Origin: Zygnema circumcarinatum SAG 698-1b
Lineage: Eukaryota > Plantae > Zygnematophyceae
NCBI GenBank assembly: GCA_037447605.1
Contig: CM074804.1
Coordinates: 5,433,909 to 5,497,908, forward strand
DNA length: 64,000 nucleotides
Reading direction: 5' to 3'
Shown piece by piece: positions 51,101 through 62,985 of this stretch. The translations under genes were made by a program, and so were the position numbers. Numbering within the stretch: the first letter of the stretch is position 1; each line of letters starts with the position of its first letter. The notes beneath the pieces were generated by a model. It saw nothing but the letters and a program-made list of their open reading frames with translations, was not told where the DNA came from and did not search any database.

Positions 51101-54100
51101 GCCGGAACCTCGAGAAGGGCCGCGGCCAGCCCGCCGTCAGCCCCAAAGCCGACATGGTACACCCGCCTGTGGGGACTACCGGAAACTCAATGCACAACGG
51201 CGGGATCCCTACATTATTACTTTAGATGTGACCTGATTCTCTCCACGGCGTTTCCCCGAGGGACCGTATGGTTCTGCCCCCGGATACGTGTAAGTCCTTC
51301 GGGTAGATTCCCCGCGACAGCCGACGGGCCGCGAAGATGTGGCTTCGCGACAGCCACGCCACAGTAATGACGCTGCTCATTCGCTCAAGAATTCCAGCCA
51401 GACTCACCAGCGCCTGGCCAACCAGGTGTTTGGCCCCTGTCGTGCCTTCTGCGAACCTTACGTGGATGATGCTTCGATCCACAGCAAGGACTGGTCCTCC
51501 CACCTGCAGCACATTGACCAAGTCCTGCAACAGCTCATCAGTGCGCGTCTGAAGATTGCACCCAAGAAGTGCAAATGGGGCCACCAGGAGATCACTCATC
51601 TCGGGCACCGCCTCGGCATCAATGGCCTGAAACCATCACTCGACAAAATTGAAGCAATTGACCATATGCCCATTCCACAGAATCTCACTCAGCTCAAGTA
51701 AGTCCTTCTTGGGCTCACCTCATTCTACGTTCATCATGATATGCTCCTTGTCAAGGCTGGGCCCTCCATGCCTTGGAGAAGCACTCCTGAGTCCAAGCAT
51801 CAATGGGAGCCGAAGCGCAGGATTTGGCCTTCCACGCTGGGCTCAAGAGTGCCCTCCTTCGTGCTCCTGCTCCCATCACCTGACCCCAACCTTCCCACTA
51901 TTATCGACGCGCCGACCGAGTCGTGACAAAGCTTTGGGGCAAGGGCCAGCCAAGCGATGGGGAACACCCGCGTCACATGCAAGCACAGGTCTGCTCGTAA
52001 AACCGAGACCAAGTATAGCCCTACTGAGGGAGAGGCCGCGGCTATCCTCTGGGCACTCGAGAAGTTCAAGCTCTTCACAGCCTACCAGCCCGTTATCATC
52101 CGAACTGACCACATGCCCCTCACTTGGCTGCACATCATGGCTACCCTACGCCCTAAGTTTGCACGATGGGTGATGAAGTTGGAGGAGTACAATGTACTCA
52201 AAGTCACTCACCGTCCCGGCCGTAGTCACGGAAATGCTGATGGCCTCAGTCGCAATCCCTCGGCTCCCCTCCTCTGCCACGATCCGGCCGTCCCTGAACC
52301 CATCCCTCCACCCACCCTCTTGAATCCTGAGCATCTTCCCATTGAGATTTTATTGCCGCCAAGCCCTTGCATGATGTCCTCTCGCAGATGGGTCGATCGA
52401 CATTCCGCCACCGCCACCACCCCTTCCATCACTGAGGACCCCTGATTCTCACCCACGGCCACCCCCCATGCGGATCCACGGGAACTCCTCATGATGACAT
52501 GGCTTACGCCCCTTTACTTCCTCCCCATTTCCCGCCCAATGACGCCCATTCAGACTCCTCCCTCGGCCAGCCACGCTATGACCCCGCACGCCTCCCCTTT
52601 ATCACTCTTAGACACCTAGAGGGCTCCGGCGTTCGCCGCTTCGAACTTCGGTTGATGATGACGATGAGCATCGTGATTCCCTCTCGCCTTCCCCGTTCCC
52701 CAATGAACGCATGGAGATTCTGGATGTCGCCCACGATTCTCAGCCCGGCGGATTCCACCTCGGCCAGAAGAAGATGGTGGCGCTGCTACAGGAACGCTAC
52801 TATTGGCCCGGCCTCCATGGCTCGGTGAGCCGCTACATTGAAACCTGCACCCGCTGCCAACGCGGCAAGCGCTCTGCTCCCCCCGACCGCCAACCCCTTG
52901 AGATGGGTGAGATCCCAATACGCGGCGTCGCCGAGGATTGGAACATTGACACCTTTTCTATCCCCCAGCTCGGCACCCCCTCTGGCTACGTTCGGGTCTT
53001 CCTAGCCGTGGACAGATACACCAAGTGGGTGGAAGTTCACACGACAGAATCTAAGCATTCCATCCACTCTGCTCGCCTCCTGACGGCCATCATTCACCGC
53101 CACTCTATACCCTACTCTGTCCACTCTGACAACGGCACCGAATACAAGGGGGCATTCGCCAAGCTCATGCAGGACTTCCGCATCATTCACACCTCCAGCC
53201 CCTACTTCCCCTCGCGTATCGGCTGGCGTAACGCACTCATTCGGGGACGTCAAGTGATGCGTGCGTCCGCTGGGTTGCACGGGAGCCGAGGCGGATCGGG
53301 CGCTGCAGGTCATCCTCCCGGTCTTCACGTATAACACCTCCGGCCCACTCCTCCACACGGGCTTTCTCCTCCACGAAGCCTTCTATGGTCGTAAGCCCCG
53401 TGATTCTTGACCTCCTCTCGCTGAGCCTCCCTTCTTTCTACTTATGATCGCCGCTTCCTCTCGGGATCGGGTCGCCCAGCTTCAGCCTCCTGGCCCTTCG
53501 CTTCCAAACCCTAGATTCCATGGCCTCCCATCACCTCGAACGCACGCACAGACGCCAACTCATCGACTTTGGGAGGCGCCGACGCGCTGCTCTCCCGCCC
53601 AATCAGGTAGCGCCACATCAGCTCATTTGGCTCAGGAATCTCGCCAAACCGACTCAACGGGCTTTTCCGTGGTTGGGCCCCTTCATTTGTGTCGGTCCGT
53701 CGAGATCCTGTGTTGGGCTATCATTTCGAAGGCTCCCCGACTCTAGTGGAAACGCGCCCGGGCGCCGGGCGCGTCACACTGATCGACATTCGCCCCGCCA
53801 CGCCGCAAATTCCTCCCCATGGCTGAGCCGCTCGACCACAGCCGCCGGGCCTCCTCCTGCACTCGACATGACGACTCTCATTGGTCCATTTCCTAATTCT
53901 CACCACTTTTGCCGCTGGCCCACATTGCGCTCGTCGGCCGTGAATTTCATTTCTCACGGTTCTACTCCCTCTCCACCTCCGATCACGCTCGATATTCCCC
54001 ATTTCCGAATGTACGCTGAAGCTTCTCCGCACGCCGCAGACTTCTTCAAGGGCTGTCCACCGCCCACGCCATCCCGTCCCTTCCCCGCCTCTTTGTCTTT

Positions 54101-55189
54101 CTTCCTTCACACCGCCAGGCGTGCGCTTGTTTCTCCGCATGTGCTACATGTATGTAGCGTAACGAGCCGCTGCTCGACGGATCCGCCAAGGTCCGCTCAA
54201 TTGTACTTGACATATGCCTTCTTCCGCGGTCACTCTGGACAATCCAATCCGTGAGTTGCCAACGGAGATTGAGAGAAGGCGGCGCCATGCGCTATGGCCT
54301 GACGGAACAAAGACACCATCCGCGCCAGCATCGGAATGACGCCGCAGGCCGACCACGTTGACCTATCCGCTGCTCCACCGTGAGTCGGCCAGGGTATCTC
54401 AAGTGCGTCAATCGTGGATCACAATCGCTATAGGGACTCAAGATCTATTGTCAGTGTTAAGTAGATGGGATGTCAGTGATGCTGTTTTGTCTTTTAGTGC
54501 TGGGCTTAGTATTTGTATTTGCTGTGTGGTTTGTCTTCTTGTTCTTCTTTCTTCTTTTTTCCTTGCTCTTCAGTTACAGCAACAGATGCTAAGTAAGAGT
54601 AAGAGAGAGAGAGAGAGTTCCATGCCATAGATAGAGAGAGAGAGAGAGAGAGAAAGAGTCTTCTTGCTGATCGCATTTAGACGTCCCATTCAGCCCAGCT
54701 AGACAAAGATTTCAGTGAGAAGACAATTTCATTATAATGACATTCCCCAGCCAACTCACCGGCCGTGAGTTTCCAAAATGCAACCTTATCTAAGTTGAGC
54801 TAATCGCTTTTCCTTTTGTCATACGAGTGTAAAGTCGCCATATCTTGTCCTAACCGCCTCTACGCTTTGGTTCCAATGACCATGATAACTAGAAGCCTGG
54901 CTAAGAGACCGGCCAAGGAGAGTGATAGGAAGCGAGAGCTCCCCAAGGAAGGGCTCTTCAAGCAAGATCGAGTCCGAAATTCTCACGGCGGGGGGAAATA
55001 TCTTCAGATCCCTTACGCTCACAAGTATTCCTCTCAATCCTCCGATCCGGGTTTCTATAGCCGCAGTGCATCTACCGTAACCAACCCAACCCTTCATTAG
55101 TTTCAAAGACGGACGCCACAAGGTAATAACAAAGACCCCGCAGCCTAGCTTCCGCCAGCCTTGTTTAACCCCACTTATCTTGTGCTACA
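48179..55189 (+). mobile_element. Full-length but frameshifted Ty3/Gypsy retrotransposon D
   Basis: 5' LTR from 48179 (cut by gap 48438-48447); 3' LTR 54153-55189 (TGTAGC...GCTACA); 4 bp TSD AGCC; gag with CTFCQITGHDARVC zinc knuckle at 49201; protease MIDTGA; RT CGDYRKLN and YVDD; RNase H YSPTEGEAAAILWAL...TDH; integrase HHCC plus HSDNGTEY. Order PR-RT-RH-INT. Confidence 0.92.
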
Positions 55190-55389
55190 AGCCCCAGAAC
55201 GTTACTACGTACCGCGACGACTAATAATGGATAGTACCAGACGTGGGTCGTGATCGCACCGTGACGTAGTTTAAGAAGAAGTGGAGAAGAGCGAGCGCCT
55301 CTTACGGCGGCACGCGCGGGGAGAATAGGTGAGTTTTACAGCTAGTACGGGTAGTACGGTTAGTACGGTTAGTACGGATAGTATGGGTA

Positions 55390-55988
55390 CAGTAGACCCC
55401 CCAATATTTTCGCCCCTCTTATTTTCGCTCCCCAATATTTTCGCCCTGAATTTGCCAAAACCGCAAACTTTCATTGAACTCGCGATGGCGAGGCCATCAA
55501 ATTTACATGGATAAAGGCAAAATGTGGAACTGACGCAAGGATCGTCACAAAGGACCTAAACACAATAAAACGAAGCTAGAGCGAAAACTACGCTCTCTGT
55601 GCACAACAACGCAGGCCCTAGAAGGTACCGGCGTCACCGATGTGAGGCACGCCGCTGGTGAGGGAGCGGCGAAGTCCACCAACAACACGTCACCAACAAC
55701 CGCAGAAGACGCCGTGAAGTAGCGAGAAGCGCAGGCAACGCCGGCGGGCTTATCAAATAGCGCCGTCAGCAAAGGTGCAGCTAAAACGCGAGGAGGGCTT
55801 CCGGGGCCGTGCATCTCGAAAGAGCGATGGGCGCACTGGCGAAGGAAGGTATCCAAACGGGTGTCGAAACCACTTTTTAATATAATACTGCCCGCCTATT
55901 GTTAACACGCACCCTTATATTTTCGCTACCCAATATTTTCGCCCAATATTTGCCGAAACCATGGCGAAAATATTGGGGGGGTCTACTG
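55390..55988. mobile_element. MITE E1 (599 bp), TA-flanked
   Basis: ~25 bp TIRs CAGTAGACCCCCCAATATTTTCGCC / GGCGAAAATATTGGGGGG(G)TCTACTG differing only in homopolymer length; TA on both sides. Confidence 0.9.
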
Positions 55989-55990
55989 TA

Positions 55991-57388
55991 CAGTAGGGGG
56001 TCCTCATATTTTCCACCCTGGTTCCGGGCAAAATGAGGCGAAAATATTAAATTTGCATATATAAGGTTCGTGTTACGAATAGACGGGCGGTATTATGTTA
56101 GAGTTCATGTTGAACCGTACGTATTGTACCGTACCGTATCGCACTGTATCATTTAGCATCGACGTATCGCGGACATATCGCGACGCGATATACCGGCCAT
56201 ACCGGTTTACATTCAAATCCGCGAAGCGTGGTAACGGAGCTGCGCCGCCGACGGATCCGCCCCGCTCAGTTGTACTTGACATATTCATATTCGCTGTCAC
56301 GCGACCGCATAATCCGTGAGTTGCCGACGAAAATGCGAAGGCGCCATGTGTTGGCGCTCCATCGAAGACACCATCCAGCTAGGCGCGACCGGAAGCGCTA
56401 CAACATGCCGATTTTCATCAGCTGACCAACTGCTGCTCCACGCAGTCAGCCAAAGCTACCTCAAGGCAGTTGGCCAATCGTGGACCTGCCAATGCTTAAG
56501 GCTCAAGATCTATTGTCAGCCAAGTAGATGGGATGTCAAAGGATGCTAGTTTGTCTTTTAGTGTTGGGCTTAGTATTTGTATTTGCTGTGTGGTTTGTTG
56601 TCTTGTTCTTCTTTTCTTCCTCTTCAGTGACAGCAACAGATGCTAAGTGTGAGAGAGAGAGAGAGTTCCACGGCATGTAGAGAGAGAGAGAGAAAGAGTC
56701 TTCTTGTCATAGCATTTAGACATCCCAGACCAGCCCAAATTGCATACAAAAGATCTCGCTCGGTGAAGACGCCATTGTAAATGCATTAATCCTCACCAAA
56801 TCACCGGGCCGGGGTGAGTTTCCAAAATGCCACCTTTATCTAAGTTGAGTACTGTTTTCCCTTTGCTGTCACTATGCCAAGCTACCATCTTGTGCTATCC
56901 TGTCTTATATTCCTCCTAATGACCGATGATAACTAGAAGCCTAGCTAAGAGAATAGCCGAGGAGAAGACAGGAGAAGAGAGGCCCCAAGGAAGGGCCCTT
57001 TGCGCATCGAGTCCAGCCGCCGGTGGGAACATCTTCAGGATCCCTACGTCTTCCGCTGCGCGTACCTCTGAATCCCTCGGATCCTGGCTCTATGCTGCAG
57101 GCAGATCCACAGCACCAACCCAACCCTTCATCAGTTTCAGCACGGACGCGCGAGTGGCCGTACAGCACCTGCAACTAGCTCAGCAATCTCCTTTTAACCC
57201 CACTTATCTTGTGCTACAACCATTAGGTGAGTTTTGCGTAAGCCCGTAACGGCTAGTACAGATAGTACGGACAGTACGGGCAGTACGGCTAACACAAGTT
57301 ACCGTACAAAAAAGTGGTTTCGGCAAAATTGGGGCGAAAATATTGAGGACGCACTCCTTGGGGTGGTAAATACGAGGACCCCCCACTG
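55991..57388. mobile_element. Non-autonomous TIR element E2 (same family as E3), TA-flanked, containing a solo LTR
   Basis: TIRs CAGT(A/G)GGGGGTCCTC(A/G)TATTT(T/A)CCACCC; left arm homologous to 47921-48178 (TATGTTAGAGTTCATGT at 48034 and 56094); right arm 57283-57388 homologous to 57391-57496. Confidence 0.85.
56225..57218 (+). mobile_element. Solo LTR of Gypsy family D
   Basis: Collinear with 54153-55189 including (AG)n tracts and the CTTATCTTGTGCTACA end; 5' TG terminus eroded. Confidence 0.88.
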
Positions 57389-58016
57389 TAGTACGGCTAA
57401 CACAAGTTACCGTACAAAAAGGTGGTTTCGGCAAAATCGGGGCGAATTTCTTGGGGACGCACTTTTGAAGGTGGAAAATATGATGGGGTCCTACTGTACA
57501 CAGAACTGTACGGGTTTGTACGGTACTAAGAGGTTCGAAGCCACACTTCTTTATCGAGGCGGAATGTCGCATGTCGATGGCGGTATGACCCCATGGCATG
57601 GCATGGGGCTATGTATGGAGGATGGGATGGGCGACGGCTAGGCGCCTGTATTTGTAGTCCGCAGCCATGGCCGCGTGCGCACAGGGCTTTCCTTTCACCG
57701 GCACCATGTACCTGTCGAGCCCGTGAGCTTCGGTGGGCCTTGCAGGCCGCTGCAGGTTGGCGCACGACGGTCGTGTTTCTGGAGGACTGCAAGCTGCCAC
57801 CTGCCACTGACTGACTGACTTCGCTGCAAGAATTTGGAAAGCAATTGGTTGTCTTCTGGTCGACGGTTCGGTCTGCAAGAGCGTCGCTGGCGTATTTGAA
57901 GGCTGCTTAGGCTGGCTTTGGCAAGTTAGGGACTGTAGCTTGTAAAAAAACATAATCAGGTGTTGTGGCTGTGTGGAATATTTTGGAGGCAGGGCAGCAA
58001 GGGATAGTCAGGCGAA

Positions 58017-61000
58017 ATGAGTCAGCCGGTGAAGAAGCGGGCCTTTAGGATAGAGCCATTTAGGCAGAAGGTGGAAGTAGACCCGATGTACGCGGAGAAA
58101 ACGTGGAAGATTTTGGAGGACGCGATTCATAAGATCTACAAACACGACGCGAGTGAACTTAGTTTTGAGGAACTTTACAGGTAGGATTAAGTCAAAGCGG
58201 AAAAATGCAAGATTTATTGGTCTGTGCAGCGGAGATTGCTGAATGCTTTGCTGTTTGTCTTGCTGAGATGTAGTTGTCATTTTCAGAATTTCATTGTGAG
58301 AGTTTTGTGGACTCTGTGGTGTTGAAGCTGAAAAGTTGAAGGCATGAGAGGCGAGCTCTCTTGTCCAGCTGTTCGAATGGCTAGCAGCCTGATGAGCTTA
58401 ACCTATTTTTTACACCGTGGGAAAATCCTTACTGTATCAATTTGACTCGGAGTTTTCCAATCTCTTTGAATCCCTCTGTGATCACATGCAACGTCACAGA
58501 GAAGATTTATGTTAACTGAAGTGTTTTTTTTCGCGTCTTTTTATTCCTCTTCCCTACCAATCCCTGACATGGCATTTAACTTCAAGAGCTACGTCCCTTG
58601 GTTGTCACTTGACCATGTCTGTTCGTGACGGAAGCTTAGGTGCAACTTTGCTTATAAACAAAAAGGAGCCGAATTTATCGTATGTAAATTTTGAGTCATT
58701 TGGCTGCTCAATGTAGGAACAGAGTGACAGCTGCTGATAGCTCTGCCTTTTTCTGCGTAACCCCAATACTCTGCCTATCCTTTTTCCATTTGTTCGTTGT
58801 CTGATGGCTTGGCTACTTTCACCAGAATAAGATAGCCAATGGTAGTTGAGCAGTGACATCATTCGTCTCAGCCCTCCATAAATTACAGCCATGAATCGCA
58901 CAGCAGTACTTGTGAGCGCACGGGATGCACTTGTATGCACGTAAAGAAATGCGGGAACCCAGAAACCGAGTTCTTATTGTCAATGTATGATGAGGGTGTA
59001 ACAGGAATGCATACAACATGGTACTTAACAGGCTTGGCGAGAAACTTTATTCTGGTCTCGTGAACACCATGACGGGGCATCTCAAGGACATAGCTAATGT
59101 AGTGGAAGCTGCAAAAGGGGACCTGTTTTTGGTGGAGTTGAATAACAGGTGGGCCGATCACAACAAGTCGTTGCAGATGATTCGTGACATCTTGATGTAC
59201 ATGGACCGTACATATGTAAACAACAACAAAAAGACTCCCGTTCATGATCTTGGCTTGAACCTTTGGAGAGACCATATTGTTCGAGCTCCAAAGATCAAAG
59301 ATAGGCTACAGGAAATTCTCTTAGATTTAGTGCATAAGGAGCGTACAGGAGAAGTCATCGACAGAGGCTTGATGCGTAGTGTGGTCAAAATGTATGTAGA
59401 TTTGGGGCCAAGTGTCTATCAGGAGGATTTTGAGAAACCATTTCTAGATGCGGCGTCTGATTTCTATCGAATCGAGTCACAACAGTTTTTGGAGACCAGC
59501 GATTGCGCAGATTATTTGAAGAAGGCGGAGCGACGATTGAATGAAGAAATTGATCGTGTCACACATTATCTGGATCCAGAAAGTGAGGCGCAAATCACTG
59601 CAGTAGTAGAGAGGGAGATGATTGGGAATCACATGAAGTTGCTAGTGGAGAGGGAAAATTCCGGAATGGTGTCAATGTTGGAGAATGACTCCTATGAAGT
59701 AAGTGCTCACTCTCTCCTGACGTTTTCTTGTTAATTGCATGGAAGGACGTCTATGACTCCATGTGACCTGGTTTAATTGCAGACATACTTGTTTGAATCT
59801 TGTTTCTGTTGAGTTCTCTACACTTGGTGGCTTACTAGCAGAGTAATGAATGGAATTGAGAATCGATAAGTTTAGCTCTTATTCCTTGAAAGGTGTTTTG
59901 CTCTTTGCTTCTAGTGATGACAATGCTTATCTTCGTTTGGAATAGTGCAGCTTCTTCCCTTGCAAGTCTCAGTTAAAGTTAGGTTCTTTGAAGTTATAGG
60001 AGCCCTGTTGGTCAGTGAATGTTCCTTGCGTAGCATATGGAAATTGACATTTTTTGCACTGGGAGATGAAAGAATGCTTATTTTCTGTTTATGTGCCAGG
60101 ATTTATCACGTATGTACTCCCTTTTCAAGCGAGTTCCTACTGGACTGAAGACTCTGCTCGATGTAATGTCCACTCATCTTCGGGAAACCGGAAAACAACT
60201 CGTCATAGATCCAGAGAGGTGAGCCTGCAGCCTAGATTCTAGCTATCTTCTCTCGCATTGGAATTCTCTAGAATGATGATATGTCAATCAGCTGTTGATA
60301 AGCATTGTGATTTACTGTTATGTCTCAAAACTATTCCACACTCTTGAACTGTCTCAGAAGATTGTTGGTTCGTGCATGTGAAGCTTCAGGAATTGGGCTC
60401 ATGGTTTTGTTTCAGAAAGTTTTCCAATGACTGATCTGGAGATTTTTTTTCATGGAAGATTGAAAGCCAAGGCGAGGATGATATTGGATGAAGGATGCGG
60501 GACAAGACATTGTGGTAGAGAATGAGGGAGAAGTTAATCGTTAGCAGGATTTGCTGGATTTTTTGTTGTTACTTTTGACTGATCTGGGAACCTCGGTTCT
60601 CTATTATGGGTGATAGGTCGAAGGATCCTGTGGAATTCGTGCAGTGCCTTCTGGATATGAAGGATAAGTATGACAATGTGATTCAGCAATCGTTTGTGAA
60701 TGATAAGTCATTCCAAAATGCGCTGAATAGTGCCTTTGAGTTTTTCATAAATTTAAATCCAAGGTCTCCTGAGTTTATATCTCTCTTTGTTGATGACAAG
60801 CTCCGCAAGGGTTTGAAGGGAGTTAGCGAAGAAGATGTTGAAACTGTGTTAGACAAGGTTATGATGCTATTTCGCTACCTCCAAGAAAAGGATGTTTTTG
60901 AGAAGTACTACAAGCAGCATCTGGCAAAGCGACTTCTTTCTGGAAGGACAGTCTCAGATGATGCAGAAAGGAGCCTGATCGTGAAGTTGAAGACGGAGTG

Positions 61001-62985
61001 TGGTTACCAGTTCACGTCAAAGCTTGAGGGGATGTTTACAGATATGAAAACTTCGAAAGATACTATGGCTGCGTTCCAGGCGGCTCTGGCTGCTGAAGGA
61101 TTGGGCAATGAGGGCCCGACCTTGTCTGTTCAAGTTCTGACTACCGGCTCGTGGCCCACTCAGTCTGGTGCTCGTTGCAACCTGCCCTCTGAAATGTTGG
61201 CTATGTGTGACAAGTTTAAGCAGCATTATCTTTCAACACACACAGGAAGACGACTGTCTTGGCAGACAAATATGGGCAATGCAGATCTACGTGCGTGCTT
61301 TGATACGCGAAAGTATGAGCTGAGCGTATCAACATACCAGGTATGGCAATGTCCAAGATATCAGCAGGTTAATGTTTTTGTCTGATGGAAAATGTTTGCG
61401 TGATAAACTCATGGTTTTTCTTTTTCTACCATGGTAAATTATTTTGGCTTGTGTGTATTCTTGGTGAATGTTTTCCTGGGATGGCTGAGAACGTATGTCG
61501 TATCATATAGTCAGACTGTCTATGCCGGCAGGATGACAGTTGGTTATGTTGGAAACACCCTGTTTATTTTTCTAATTCTGGCATAATGCTGTTGCTTGTC
61601 TTTCCAGATGTGTATCTTGCTGTTGTTTAACAACTCGGACTCCCTTTCTTATAGAGAGATTGAGCAAGCTACAGATATTCCGGCACTTGATCTGAAGCGC
61701 AACCTGCAATCACTAGCGTTGGTCAAAGGCAAAAATGTGCTACGAAAGGAACCGATGAGCAAAGAAGTTAATGAGGACGATTTGTTTTACTTTAATGAAA
61801 AGTTCAACAGCAAGTTTTACAAGGTATAACATCCATTGCTTAAAGATCGCTATGTCTAATCTCAGGCTGCAATTCGGGGTCCTTGCTGATTTGCTGCTAC
61901 ATGAATCTTGCGTGATTTTTTTTTCTAACGTTTTTTTTAGTGAGTGCAATTTATGATGTGTATGACAAGACGGCTCACCTCTGTTAAATGACCTGCTCTC
62001 AAGAAGCTTTTTTTTCGTGAATGCATTAAGAAGTTGACGTAAAGAGCAAAAGCCATCCCATAGACGCTTTCCTGGAGCAGAGTTGTTTGCAAGATAACTT
62101 TCGTTACTCTTGAGATATATGTTTGTAAAATGACTTATCTGTAAACGTTTATCCAGTTCTTCTTTACTGGAGGCATGTGATTGCAGTGCCTCTCTGCCTC
62201 TTGATTTCTGGTCACTAGTATGAGGGCTGTAAGCATGTGTTGTATTTTGATAAAGAAGTAGTTGCATAGCGATATACTGGTTACTGTCACTTGGTCGGTT
62301 GTATTTAATCGAAAGTACAGGTGCCACCTGATTGATGGCATGCGAAATGTGAGACGGAGAATGACTCGCTATTTCTGACATACTGCAGAGCGGGTTAGCT
62401 AGTCATAATCGAATTTTGGTGTGAGTTATGCGTGTAAGTTTTTGACGGCAGCTGCCAACATGTCAATGTTTTGGTTATACCATCAGGTGAAGATTGGTAC
62501 AGTCTCTGCACAGAAGGAGTCAGAGCCTGAGAAGCAGGAGACTCGGCAGAAGGTTGAAGAAGATCGAAAGCCACAGATTGAGGCAGCCATTGTGAGGATT
62601 ATGAAGTCACGAAGAGTACTTGATCACAATAATATCATCAGGTATGTAAGCACGAGCCGATGGATATATTTGCCGTCATGTCAGGACACAGAAGTTCTCT
62701 CTTAGTGGCTTAGCTCCTGTGACTGTGCGGATGGAGTCCTGTCCTGGGAAATAGCATTACTTGTCTGCCATGGGCATGCATGGCCGCTGTGTTCAATAGC
62801 GCCTCTACCAAGTGCTTTAATCTCCTATACCTCTTTCCTTGCTGTGCAGTGAGGTGACCAAGCAGCTACAAGCACGCTTCTTGCCTAATCCTGCCATCAT
62901 CAAAAAACGGATCGAGAGCCTTATCGAGCGCGAGTTCTTGGAGCGTGACAAGACAGATCGAAAACTATATCGCTACCTTGCGTAA
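58017..62985 (+). CDS. CUL3: Cullin-3 (BTB-adaptor E3 ligase scaffold), 7 exons, ~735 aa
   Basis: Exons 58017-58180, 59005-59698, 60100-60218, 60617-61340, 61608-61823, 62487-62641, 62850-62985 (2208 nt, in frame); FRIEPF...[28 protein letters not shown], neddylation motif [11 protein letters not shown]-terminal [16 protein letters not shown]...YRYLA. Confidence 0.97.

Larger units (their letters stand above)
47921..57496. mobile_element. Non-autonomous TIR DNA transposon E3 (pogo/Tc1-mariner-like ends), host of nested elements
   Basis: Left end TA|CAGTAGGACCCCGTCATATTTTCGCC; right end reverse-complements to TA|CAGTAGGACCCCATCATATTTTCCACC; subterminal ATATTTTCGCC motifs; no transposase ORF seen. 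Confidence 0.8.

Noticed and set aside
53860-54060. Chromodomain at the end of the Gypsy D integrase (HFCRWPTL...)
   Set aside because: Only vague resemblance in a frameshifted region; needs an HMM search.
57250-57496. Spaced short repeats reminiscent of a CRISPR array (also 55340-55390 and 17470-17775)
   Set aside because: Eukaryotic context, no constant repeat with unique spacers, no cas genes; explained by transposon subterminal repeats.
47480-57720. Possible small minus-strand gene split by the E3 insertion (57600-57720 joined to 47550-47690)
   Set aside because: Would need a GC donor and gives a low-complexity peptide with no recognisable homology.
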